A DNA stretch of 63,257 nt, the filler included, from Octopus bimaculoides (lineage: Eukaryota), in assembly GCF_001194135.2 (NCBI RefSeq). It is 6 parts of 5 records of this genome, joined end to end, with 100 filler letters (N's around TTAATTAATTAA, not from the genome) between each part and the next. Parts side by side here need not be neighbours in the genome. Positions count along the whole stretch, not along the records: positions 15,148 to 37,388 come from NC_068983.1; 5 more parts are not named here. One strand, given 5' to 3'. Each line of letters starts with the position of its first letter. The first letter of the stretch is position 1. Below, one piece after another: positions 25,151 through 37,090 of the stretch. The position numbers and the translations under genes are program-made. The notes under the pieces were generated by a model. The model saw only the letters and a program-made list of their open reading frames with translations, had not been told where the DNA came from and searched no databases.

Positions 25151-27755
25151 CAGATTTTCTTTCCTTGGCTCAAGACCTGTGGAAAAGATGAACTGGAATT
25201 GATAGTTGTTCATAGCTTTTTCAAGAGAATTCTTTCATTTGATGATTTTCCTTTGTCATTATAACCTTTAAGAAGGGTATAAATGTTATATGATCTCATC
25301 CACCTCTGTTTTAAATTTGTTGTCTTATTTTCTTTCACTAGTTTCAGTTTTTAGACTAGCCATGCCAGAGCCCTACCTTATGTTAAAATAAGAAATGTAT
25401 TATTTCAAGAGTGATGGATAATAGAATTGCTAAAATGCCAACTTACAATATTTAGTTTTGTCTCCTCAAAGTGCATTGACATAACTTTGCCTTTTGTTCT
25501 TGCAGGGCCGATAAGACAAGCAGGTTAGAGTCAATTACATGAACGGCATGTCCCCCTCAAAAAATGTATAATTCCGTGGCGATGTTAGTGACAGTCTATA
25601 GTTACTTCCCTTGCGGCATTGAATTATGCCCCTTTACGTTCTGAACTAAAATCTACTGGGATCAACTGTTTTTCATTTCTACAGAGTCAGGCCCGTAAAT
25701 GTCAGTAATATATTAAAAGTTGATCAATCGCCTATAATTCTTCCCAGTTAATGTATGGCAAATTTTATTCAAATAAAATTGAAAAAATGTTACCTAATGT
25801 AACTTGATGAAAACAATTCACTTGATGAAAACAATTCACTTGATAAAATTAAGGGTGTGGTACTTTTTCTCTCCTTTCAAAGAACTGTTAGCTGTTTATG
25901 TCTTGTAAAAATATATGCTTTGAGTTTCACCTCATTCACTGCTGATTGCTGTAATGATTATAATGATACAATGTTATATAGTCTCCTCTTATTTGAAGAT
26001 GCTAGGTTCAGTAGCGCTCAAGTACATGTCCTGTCATATCTATTTACATTCTAAGTTCAAATTTTGCCAGTGTCAGTTTTGCCTTTCATCATTCCAGGGT
26101 TAACAATATAAATACCTGTCAAGTAAGTATTCAAGTGACTCAGTTTATTCTCAGTCTACCCCTCTTTTGAGAGGGACCAGTGTTGGAAATTAATATTATT
26201 GAAATTGTAATGTCTGATCTCCCAGATTCATATCTGAAGCATCAATTCTACTAACCTAAATGAAATGATCATAAGTCATCCTTCTGGCATTAATATGATA
26301 AATACTAGTCATGTGCTGATTTTGTTTCAGTCTCTCTTCCCTAAAATGTATAGCCATGTTAAAACTGCTATAAATCATTATTATACTAGCAGAAGCTTTA
26401 GCGTGCTGGACAATCTGTCATTGGTTACGTGTCTTTATGTTCTTAGTTCAAATCCTGAAAGCTGAATTTGCCTTTCATCCCTCCAAAGTTTACAAACAAG
26501 TACCAGTAATATACTGCAGTTGAATGCATTGGCTATACCCCCTCCTTCCTCCCCTACAAATTTGTGGCCTTGTGATAATGTAAAACAAGCTATTATTATT
26601 ATTATCTATGATGCTGTAGAAAGAGCCATAATTGATAATAGCATTAGCCTTCAGTTTCAGAAGTATTAATTATGAAACTCAGTAGTTCAATATTTTTATT
26701 TCCTATTCATGTCATCGTCGTCGTCATCATTATTATTAATGAGGCAAAGAAAGAATTGGTAAAGAATTGGACAAAATTGCTTGTGGAGAATAAAGCTTCA
26801 CCTCTATGTTTCTAGTTAAAATTCTGTTGAGATTAACTTCCTGGCATAGATAAAATAAGTGCCAATAACAAACTGACAGGGGTTTAATTAAATCAACTGC
26901 AACTCCTCCATAAAATGTTATGGCTTTCCACCAATGTTAGAAATCCTTATTATTTTATTATTAGGCTGGTGGATTGGCAGAAATATTAGGGGCATGAAGC
27001 AAAAATGTCTTGCAGTACTTTTTCCAGCTCTTTTACATTCTGAGTTCAAATCCCACAAAGGTAAACTTTGTCCTTCATCTTTCCAAAGTTGATAAAATAA
27101 AGTACCAGTTATAGCTTGATATAATTCACTGTTCTCTCCCACCAATTTTCTGGCCTTGAATTTATGTTTAAAATCATTATTGTTGTTATTGAGACAGTCA
27201 GAATGGCTTAAATAGTAGAGTGCTCAACTGAATCTATTTATGTCTGTTTCAACTTCTGTCTCATTTCTGATTTTAAAATTTTCCAGTAAAAAGGATAAAT
27301 AAAGTCTATATATTATACTGCAGACAACTGTATTGTCTACCATTATAGAATGTTAGTAAAATATTATTATTGGATGGTGAATGGCACAGTTGTTAGACCA
27401 TATACCTTTATGTTCTGAGTTTAAATCCTGTTGAAGTCACCTTTGCCTTTTATTCTTCTGTGGGTCAATAAAATGAGTGCTAGGCAAAACTGAAGTTTGA
27501 GGTAATTGATTATAAACTCCTCCCAAATTTATGATCATGTACCTAAATTAGGAATAATGATTACTATTGTTATTAATGCTGTGAAGTCACAAATAGAGTA
27601 CCGAGCTAAGATACCTTGTGATATGTAGTTACTTCCCTTTATATTTTAAGTTTAAATCCCACCAGTGTTGACATTGCTTTGCTTTTCATGTCTCTTTCCC
27701 AGAAGGTGATAAGATATATACAATGCATGTACTTGGGTTGGGTCGGATCAATTCA

Positions 27756-27789
<34 letters not shown>

Positions 27790-28560
27790 TTCCTTACAAA
27801 TTTATAGTATTTGTGCCAATGTAAGAAATCATTATTTATTATGCTCATATGGCAGTGAACTGGCAGAATTGTTAGCATGTCGGATAAAATGCTCAGCAGC
27901 ATTTCTTCTGACTCATTACATTCTGAGTTCAAATTTCACCAGGGTCAACTTTGCCTTTCATCCTTTTGGGGTCGATAAAATAAGTACCAGTTGAGCACTG
28001 GGGTCGATGAAATCGATTGACCACCTCCCACTGAAAAATTGCTGGCCTTGTGCCAAAATTTGAAACTATTATGTATTATTCATACCTGCCACATGCACAC
28101 ACACACACACACATATAAACCAATATGTCTTTTAAATTTATCTGCTGAGTGAAAGGAAGAAAGAAAGCAATTATTTATTAAAACACATTGTCATTATGGT
28201 TTTTTTCTTGTTTCATCCAATTTCATTTGTATTTTGTATATGTTTACTCCCACACCACCTAACCAATCTTCACTTAACAGGAATGTCTGAAATGTCTTGG
28301 GGGTTGTTTCTGTTTTTGTTGTTGTTTACTTATAACTGCTGTAATTTGAAATTACATAAATTTGTTGTTGTCAGGTCTCTACTAGAGATTTGCACAGTTA
28401 CCTCACAATATATTGTTGTAATACATTAAGGGACAGTAGGAAGACATATTAAATGCTTTGTAGTATTTTGCCTCTTCATGCTCAGAGTTCAAATCCCAAC
28501 ATTATCGATTTTGCCTTTCATCCTCCCTGGATTGATAAAATAAGTACCGGTAATACACTA
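24850..28560 (+). mobile_element. Cluster of about 10-12 old, same-orientation SINE family A copies
   Basis: Repeated degenerate TTCTGAGTTCAAAT...TTTGCCTTTCATCC...GATAAAATAAGTACCAG modules near 24.9, 25.5, 25.6, 26.0, 26.4, 26.8, 27.0, 27.4, 27.6, 27.9 and 28.4 kb. Confidence 0.75.
25071..25176 (-). CDS. Candidate exon containing an in-frame (TAC)11 poly-Tyr tract
   Basis: Acceptor CATCTTTTCCACAG, donor AA|GTAAAT; one open frame xLEPRKENLH(Y)11NIKLEEYQEADDAT. Confidence 0.25.
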
Positions 28561-28835
28561 GAGAAGTAGTAAAATGTGTGGTCACTATGTACCACGTTAG
28601 ATTTAATTTTTCTCAATTCATACCTCTTCTGTTAATGTGTATTTATAGAATAAGCTCTGTATGTGTGTGTGCGTGTGTGTGTCATTGATAGATGAAATTT
28701 TTTTGTTCTCATTTACACACACATGAAATTTGCCCACCATAAACATAGACAACAACCTACTATAAGCTGCTCTGAGTTTGTCATTGGAAGAAATATTACA
28801 CAGGAACTCAATAGTAAAACCCATTGAAATTTGTA

Positions 28836-28873
<38 letters not shown>

Positions 28874-30718
28874 AATTTACTCCATATAGACTTTATATAG
28901 AGGGATACATATCAAGACCTTTATATAAATGTATAAGCATTATCACACACACGTATATGTATACACATACACATATACTTGCAAAGAAACAGATCAATAA
29001 ATATGCATACACACAGATACACTTATCTCTGTAAACAATCTATTTTGTGTAATTCTCTGTTATATTTTTTAACTCAGCAGATAATTAGTAAATTCCTGGC
29101 AACAACATTCACTGTCTTCATAAAAAGCACTTTTTTTCTTGTTCCTTTTTTTTTTTTACAACCTGACATTACTAACAACAACCATTTCTATTGTAAATAC
29201 TCCCATATTGACTGTTCATAATTTTATTATTATATTATCTAGATGTTGGCTTAACTCAAAAAGAAATTTAAAAACAAAAAAAAAATCCGTACAAAAGACG
29301 CACATGGAATCATTGCAAGTCTCATCACTTGCAATGATGAATTTAGCTGCCTTATTGAAGGTGTTACAAAGCCTTCTTACTGATTACAACTCAAGTCAAG
29401 TTTTACTCAACTCATTTACACCTCATTACATAACAAGCTGGATTTTTACTTTCATTTTCTTTTATTTATAATTCCTGAATTGTTCTGAGTTAGGTCAGGT
29501 TCAGAGTAGCCCTACTGGGTGGGAAAAAGGAATACTAGGCAGAGGAGATTAGATGTAATATTTTCATGATGTAGATTGTATGACATGAAGTTTGTCCCAA
29601 TTATTTTGTTAGACACACTTTATAAATAAAACTTTCAAACCATCATTCATACACACACACACACACACACACACTCTCTCTCTCTCTCTCTCTCCCAGAA
29701 ATCTTAAAAGATCTGTGGCAATCTATAAATTATAAATCCCAAATATTTATTACCCATATATGTCTGTAAGCTCACACACACATGTATTTATATACATATT
29801 CTATATATATATATATATACATGCATATTTATTTATATACATACATACATACATAATGGGATAATACTACCAGACAACATTAAAACTGTCAGTTTGGAAA
29901 TAAGTTTAGTAGAATCCTGTTTATACTTTATGTGTCTATTTTCCATATGTCAATAAAAGAGGATATTTAGAACAATAGACAATAATAATGATTTCATTAT
30001 TACCACAAGAGCCAAAGATAGGGGATCATTACTAACATGAGTTACAGAAATTATAGTATACAAATATGTGATAGTCTCCAAAGAGAAAAACCATTATTTA
30101 GGGTCAAGAATTGCCCTGGTTACTAAGAGTAAGTAGATTATCCCAGTTATATTCCCTGGTTTACAGATGCCTGCTGACAGTAGGCCTATTCAGTTGGAGT
30201 ATCCTCACCATCCTCACAAAAAAAAAAAAAAAATAATAATAATAATAATAATAATGAAAGATATAAAATTTGATTAGGATGAAGCAATGCTATTTCAATT
30301 ACTTTTAAACTTGACTTGAGTTGTATATAACATATGAGCTGAGAAATAGGTAAATCTCTCTGAAGCAGTGTTAAAATCTTTGCTGTGATGGCATAGTCTT
30401 TGAATGGCACTGTTGGATGGTCTAACCCTCATTAACCATGTGGGAATGTCAGATGCCGCCTAAGAGGAAATACCACTCTCACATTAATTTTGAAATCTAT
30501 CTCCATTGGTACGTAACTCTCAATTTTGAGTTTCACTATCAATAGAGAGAACTTTCACACCATTGACTTTTGAAATTAATTTTGAAGGAAAAAATATAAT
30601 ATTAAAAAAATATATGCGTATGTGCATATATATACATAAGTATATGTATATGTTTACATATGTGTATATATGTATGTGTGTATATATACACACACACACA
30701 CGTGTGTGTGTGTGTGTG

Positions 30719-30792
<74 letters not shown>

Positions 30793-31869
30793 TAAAAAAA
30801 AATTTAACAATTTGTAAATTAATTTGTGTAATGATGTCGACTGAAGTTTGAAATTGATTAACATGTTGTCTGTCACCAATAGCGACATCTGAAGCAGTTG
30901 TTGGTGAAAATATATCTTGACAATTTTAACGGAGTGAAATGAAGTGAGGTTAGGTGCAGGGAACACAGTATAGTCCCCTCCCTAACTGATTTGCTGACTG
31001 GTGCTGATGGAGCAGGAGAGGAAAATGGACTGATGATGTTGTTTTTACCTATAATTTCTATGTTATTGCAAAGGTGATATATTTTTTGAAATCCCCAAAA
31101 TTGGACTATACAACTTGTTTTGGTCCCTAAAACCTACCCTGAACACCTTGGTATCTGCTCTCCACACATCTTGCTGAAATCAGCTAAGTTTAGAAAAAAA
31201 AACATTTGGAAAATTTTTTTAATTAAGACAAAAAAATGTGAACTTGTAAATTATTATATCAACTATTTGCAAGGAATGTTATGTGCAATAAAATATTTAT
31301 TGGTACTATTTTATTCAAGTTGTTTCTATTGTTGTCTTTTTTATTCTTTTTTTTTTTTTCAGACACTGAATGATTGAGAAGTCAAGATTAATGAAGCATA
31401 GTTAATGATTGATTTGATTTGTAAGTTGATGAAGATCAGGGGTAGGAATGGAGTTCTAGGATTTTTTTATTCTTTCGTAGAAAAATTGAATAAGGTGTTT
31501 TATGCAAAGTCATGAAAATGGAATATAAAGAGGAAATAATTGAACATAAGTATTTAGTATTACATTTCTGTTATTAATTCCTGGGTAGCACATGCAAATA
31601 AAAATACCATCTTTTATTGTCAAGTTCCTAATGTTTTTTACTGTAGCTTCAATGGAAACTTGGAGTGACATTTCCATAGGTATTTTTTGATGGAAGAAGC
31701 ATTAGCATAAAAGTCTTCTTTAACCTGCATGTGAACCTATGTGATGGTACTTCCAATGTGGAATTCATTGTATTTGCTACAGGGAAATTTAGGTGTAGAT
31801 TTGATATTGCAGAGATTGTAGTAGTAGCAGTAGAGAGAGAGAGAGAGAGAGCACTACACAGTATCATAC

Positions 31870-31939
31870 CTGTGTTTGTAGAATATTGATGAAAGATCAT
31901 TGCACATATCAAGAAAACAACTTTGCACTTCACTCCTAA
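31870..31939 (-). CDS. Candidate exon (xRSEVQSCFLDMCNDLSSIFYKH)
   Basis: Donor CAG|GTATGA, acceptor GTTTTAG; protein-like open frame; no family recognised. Confidence 0.25.
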
Positions 31940-32544
31940 CTAAAACTCTTATAGTTTCTGCAAATGCTACTCCTCATTATCAGCTGAAGGCAACTCTGAC
32001 TGAACTGACCTCTTTGATCAAAAGCATTCTGGTATTGACCATCAATCTCTTTTAAGATGACAGGATGTGATTTGAGAGAAATTTGATATTTCCATACAAG
32101 TTCATATATTGGTTAATCTTATAGTTGGAAAACTTAGTGTGATGACCAAACTCATATTCTTGCTGTGTAGTTAGAAAGTAGTCATTAAGATGCCAAAGAA
32201 TAAACAAATAAGGAGAAATGGCAACCAAATGAAATTGCACAAAGAGGAAATACAAAAAGATAACAGTGTTAGAGATGGATTTTCGAACTAGTTTAAATAA
32301 ATAAATGGTCATTTCTTCTTAATGAGTTTTTCACTGGTGGAGTTCACTTTTCTAAATCAGAAATAATTATATTTATGTTCAATCTAATACATACACGAGT
32401 AAAATATTGAGCCTATAATTTTGTACCAGTTACAATTTTCTGTAACTATGTATAAACATATACTTTTTTTAAATACATGACATTTTATTTTATGATGCAG
32501 TGTTCAAGTTTATCTTGTTTCAATGTTGCAGATATAGCTGTGTA

Positions 32545-32722
32545 CAAGGGGGTGCTGAAAAGTTCCTGGCTTCTGAGTTCTTTTACAGGGTTTAGAAAAA
32601 CTGAAGGACTACTGCAATAAGTATGTGAATCTGAGAGAGGAATATGATGAATGAAACTATAATTAACTGCTCCTCCTGTATTTTCTTTTACCCAAAGCCA
32701 GGAACTTTTCAGCACCTCTTTG
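32545..32722. mobile_element. Mariner-derived MITE (178 bp)
   Basis: TA|CAAGGGGGTGCTGAAAAGTTCCTGGCTT ... AAGCCAGGAACTTTTCAGCACCTCTTTG|TA. A related 3' fragment lies at about 41240-41332. Confidence 0.88.
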
Positions 32723-33563
32723 TAGATACAGAGTTTACTTTGTAACTATTGCATATCCACTTTTGGCAAGTATCCAAGTATCTTCTACTATAGGCTCGGG
32801 CTGATCAATGCCTTGTGAGTGGAGTTAGTTGATGGTAGCTGTGGAAGTCCATAACATGTATGTGCTTGAATGTTGACGTTTCTATATCCTCACATGAGAC
32901 ATCTGAGCAAAAAGTCTACCACATTTTAATGTAAAAACAACTGCTGCAATTCACTATGTAATCTGTAAGGCCTTCTCTGAGGAGGCTCCTTACTGAAGAC
33001 AGGCCAAAACAAAACAATACTTTATGTACATTGCCCAACAGTTTAATCAAAAACTAAAATATATGTCTGCAGTCCTACATGGTGTATAAAATCAAATGTA
33101 GCAAACTTTCATACACACATACTACAGAGCAGAGACATTAGCTATCAACACCTTTTCTTCATAAATTTCCTGAAGAAGGGTCCTAACTCTGAAATATTGA
33201 GATAACATTGACTTGAATTATTAATTTTTATAACTTACATTATTTTGGCTTAAAAAAAAATATTTAAAACATTATGTTTGTATGTATGTAAATATGATCA
33301 TCATAATCCTCATTTAACATCCATTTTACCTTGCTTGCAAGGGTCAGGTGGAATTTATTGAGGCAGATTTTTTATGGCTGGATGCCCTTCCTGTTGCCAA
33401 CTCTCACCTGTTTCCAAACAAGGTAATATTTGCTCGTACCTAAATCATGTTTTTCACAGAAGATTGAAAACAACCAGCCTTGCTTGTATGATGATGATGT
33501 TATCACATGATGTTTAGATAAGAGTGCACTCAAACACACACACTCACACACATTTAATATACA

Positions 33564-33762
33564 GGCGGTTAGCTGGCAGAAATGTTAGCACACCAGACGA
33601 AATGCTTAGCGGTATTTCATCTGTCTTTATGTTCCAAGTTCGACTTTGCCTTTCATCCTTTCAGGGTCGATAAATTAGGTACCAGTTGCTTACTGGGGTA
33701 GATCTAATCGACTGGCCCCCTCCCCAAAAAATTTCGGGCCTTGTGCTTAGAGTAGAAAAGAA
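33564..33762 (+). mobile_element. SINE family A copy, near full length
   Basis: GGCGGTTAGCTGGCAGAAATGTTAGC...TTTCGGGCCTTGTGCTTAGAGTAGAAAAG. Confidence 0.88.
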
Positions 33763-35421
33763 TATAGAGAATTTAAACTCAAGCTACTATAAAAACATGA
33801 TTCCCTGACAAGCTTGAATAACAAATCATGTATTTCCTAACAATCTTTCAGACTCAAATACACAACATAGCTGGTCTTTTTTTTTTTTTTTTTTTTTTGA
33901 AAAAACGAGAAACAATACTGGTCTTTGAAAAAGGTCGCTGGTTTTTGAGAAAACATAAGAAAGTACAAGAAGCTAAAAAAAAAAAGAAGTGTAATGTAAA
34001 AATAAAATAGATAGTTAAGAGTTGGTCCATTTGACTCAGAATTAATATGGTTGATGTAAGTTAATGCAATGGGAAGATGGTCAAAATTTATGAGGCTACA
34101 CACTGAATTAGAAGAGGGTGGTGTTTTCCATTTCAGTAATTTATCCAGACACTTACATTTAATAAAAAGTTTCAGTTCTGGAAATATTAGGTCAGTAGAA
34201 TTCTTAAATCTAAAATAACAATAAATATGAGATCTTTCAGTTAAGCTGGCAATCTTTCTGATTCTTTAACATATGGCATGGATTGTTCTACGATGCTCCA
34301 CTTGATGGTGTGTGGTATGTAGTTGGCCTTCAGATCCTAAATACAACTCTCTAATTTCATGACTTTATTATTTACAAGTCAGAAAGAAGATTGGTGCTCG
34401 CATATCTTTTTTAAAATTACTTTCACATATACTAACGTATTAAATGAGAACAAGTGCTCAATACTGCATTTGATCAATAAACATTCTTTGTTTGTAAATT
34501 AAGTGTCACCAATTATTTCGTGTGGGAAGTTTGCATTTACTGAATATTGTATCAATGTACCTAAACCTTGTAACATTGTATATAGGTGCAGGCATGACTG
34601 TTTGGTTAAGAAGTTTTCCTCCAAATTATGTGGTCTTAGGTTCAGTCCCACTGCATGACACATTGGGCAGATGTCGTCTACAATAGCCCCAGGCTAACCA
34701 AAGACTTGTATGTGGACTTGGTAAAGAGAAACTGAATGAAGCCCATCATGTATGTGTGTGTGTGTTCTTTATTTGTGAATTAACAGTGCTACAATTAGTT
34801 TCATACAGAAAGTTCACATTTTTCGAGCACACCACTTGTGAATATTGGTAACCATGTCCATGTTGGATATGACATGAGATTACACAAAATTATACAAGAC
34901 TTCGGAATTTTTTTTTTTTTTTTTTTTCCCCTTGTAGATAAGTGGAGACAACTCACTTGGGTACTTGTATTGGCCTTGGGGTTATTTTGCAAGTATTTAT
35001 GTTCAACTCAGATTAATTGCATTAAACAAGAACATTCATATATACCTGCGTATATAAATGTATACTAACATATACAACATGTGATTCATGCCTGCATTTT
35101 GTAGATGTATTTGCATGTGTATCTAATCATTTGTAGGCTTTACTCAGGTTTGAATGTATATTAGTCCATGAAACTGTAAGTACATAAAATATATTTTACA
35201 AATTGTATGATGTCTTGTATCTGTGTTATGTATATGTTATACATATCTGTGCAGTCTAGAATTCCAGCATGAGTTCCTATGAGCGTATGTTTATTATGCA
35301 TATTGATACTTATAATCAATAGTAACATTGTATCTCATTCTGGTTGAATAGAGCTGGTGAATGGGGGAATCATACTTGAAATTATTTCATAGCTTAAATT
35401 GTTGTTTGTACATGCAAGAGT

Positions 35422-35798
35422 GGAGGCGCAATGGCCCAGTGGTTAGGGCAGCAGACTCGCGGTCATAGGATCGCGGTTTCGATTCCCAGACCGGGCGTTG
35501 TGAGTGTTTGAGCGAAAACACCTAAAGCTCTACGATGCTCCGGCAGGGTATGGTGGCAAACCCTGCTGTACTCTTTCACCACAACTTTCTCTCACTCTTA
35601 CTTCCTGTTTCTGTTGTGCATGTAATTCAAAGGGTCAGCCTTGTCACTGTGTCACGCTGAATATCCCCGAGAACTACGTTAAGGGTACACGTGTCTGTGG
35701 AGTGCTCAGCTACTTGCACGTTAATTTCACGAGCAGGCTGTTCCGTTGATCGTATCAACTGGAACCCTTGACGTCGTAAGCGACGAAGTGCCAACAAC
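35422..35798 (+). mobile_element. tRNA-derived SINE, family C (head GGAGGCGCAATGGCCCAGTGG, tail GTGCC(AAC)n), young
   Basis: A/B-box tRNA-like head; 12-bp TSD TGTACATGCAAG at 35407-35418 and 35799-35810; near-identical copies at 38976, 45993 and 58078. Confidence 0.92.
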
Positions 35799-36129
35799 TG
35801 TACATGCAAGGGGAGAAGTTTTCTTCTTGATGTTCAAAATGTTCATTGTTGAAGTTATGTTTCATTTCTCTGTTACACAAAGCTCGCATCTGCTGCCTCA
35901 TCCCTTATATCTGTTGGCTTTCACTATGATACTCTAGTTTATTTGGGTGGGTGAATGTCATATAGAACAGACAGAGAAAGAAGTCAGCATACTTTTTATC
36001 CAGAAGTTATAATGTTCTGGTCAGTGCGTTGTTGTCAATCTATCAGATGTGTTTTAGGATTGGTTTAGGATATTTGAGTGTATAGCAACAGCACCTTCCC
36101 AGAATTTGCAACTAGGGTATGGTAACTTT

Positions 36130-36660
36130 ATATCTAGGAAATATAATATTCTAACCATTTGATAGTTTGAAACTTGATGGAAGTGCTTACAAAAATTCCC
36201 CAATATTCAGTGAACTCTTACTTCTGTTGGCAACAAAAGGGTTCTCTCACTGAGTGAAAAGAAGATTTTAGGATGTTTTTGTATGAACAAGAATGTTGCA
36301 TTGTAGTGAGATGTGGGTCCTGAATGCAGAGGACTTGCAAAGACTAGAGAGCAATGAAGCTTGTATGCTCTTTTAGTTGTGCAATGTAAGTGTGCATGTA
36401 TGACAAAGTGTTAATGTACTGAGAGAAAAATTAGACATAAGAGGAGTCAGATGTAGTGTGCAAGAGAGAAGACTACACTGGATTGGTCATGTAATGCATA
36501 TGGATGATGAGAGCTGTATATAGAAGTGCCAATTGCTTAAAGTGGATCGAACTTGTAGAAGGAAACCCAGAAAGACATGAGACAAAGTAGTGAAGGCTGA
36601 CAAAAGACTGAGACAACTGGTAATTTACTGTGCTCAAGAGAGACCATCTATCACAACAGA
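36130..36660 (+). mobile_element. RTE-clade LINE ORF C-terminal remnant, heavily decayed
   Basis: LHCSEMWVLNAEDLQRLESNEACML...LREKLDIRGV...ERRLHWIGHVMHMDD...RKPRKT: typical post-RT RTE motifs. Confidence 0.8.
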
Positions 36661-36779
36661 AATGATATCCTAAATCCATTGCCCCACCCTGTGATTCTAT
36701 GGATTTATGAGACACACACTCAAAAGGAAAAGATATACTTTTACTTAATCAGGAAAGAACTCTATCATTATGTTAATCG

Positions 36780-37090
36780 TGATGGCACTTGTGCCCAGCG
36801 TCACCTTTGTGGCATGTGTAAAGACTTTCGAGCGAGAACGTTGCCAGTGCCGCTGGACTGGCTCCTGTGCAGGTGGCACATAAAATACACCATTTTGAGC
36901 CTGGCCGTTGCCAGTACCACCTGACTGGCCTTCGTGCCGGTGGCACGTAAAAGCACCCACTACATTCTCGGCGTGGTTGGCGTTAGGAAGGGCATCCAGC
37001 TGTAGAAACTCTGCCAAATCAGTCAAATTGTCCAACCCATGCTAGCATGGAAAGCGGACGTTAAATAATGATGATGATGATGATGATGAT
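36780..37090 (+). mobile_element. RTE/RTEX-like 3' UTR repeat ending in (GAT)n
   Basis: Motif GTGGTTGGCGTTAGGAAGGGCATCCAGCTGTAGAAAC, then GGACGTTAAA(TGA)n. Decayed relatives near 33295-33530 (-) and 40340-40540 (+). Confidence 0.7.

Noticed and set aside
28271-28429. Signal-peptide-like MSEMSWGLFLFLLLFTYNCC
   Set aside because: The hydrophobicity comes from T-rich low-complexity sequence; no convincing donor or continuation.
35422-35495. tRNA genes at SINE heads
   Set aside because: A/B boxes are present but there is no complete acceptor stem, and each continues into a repeated SINE body.
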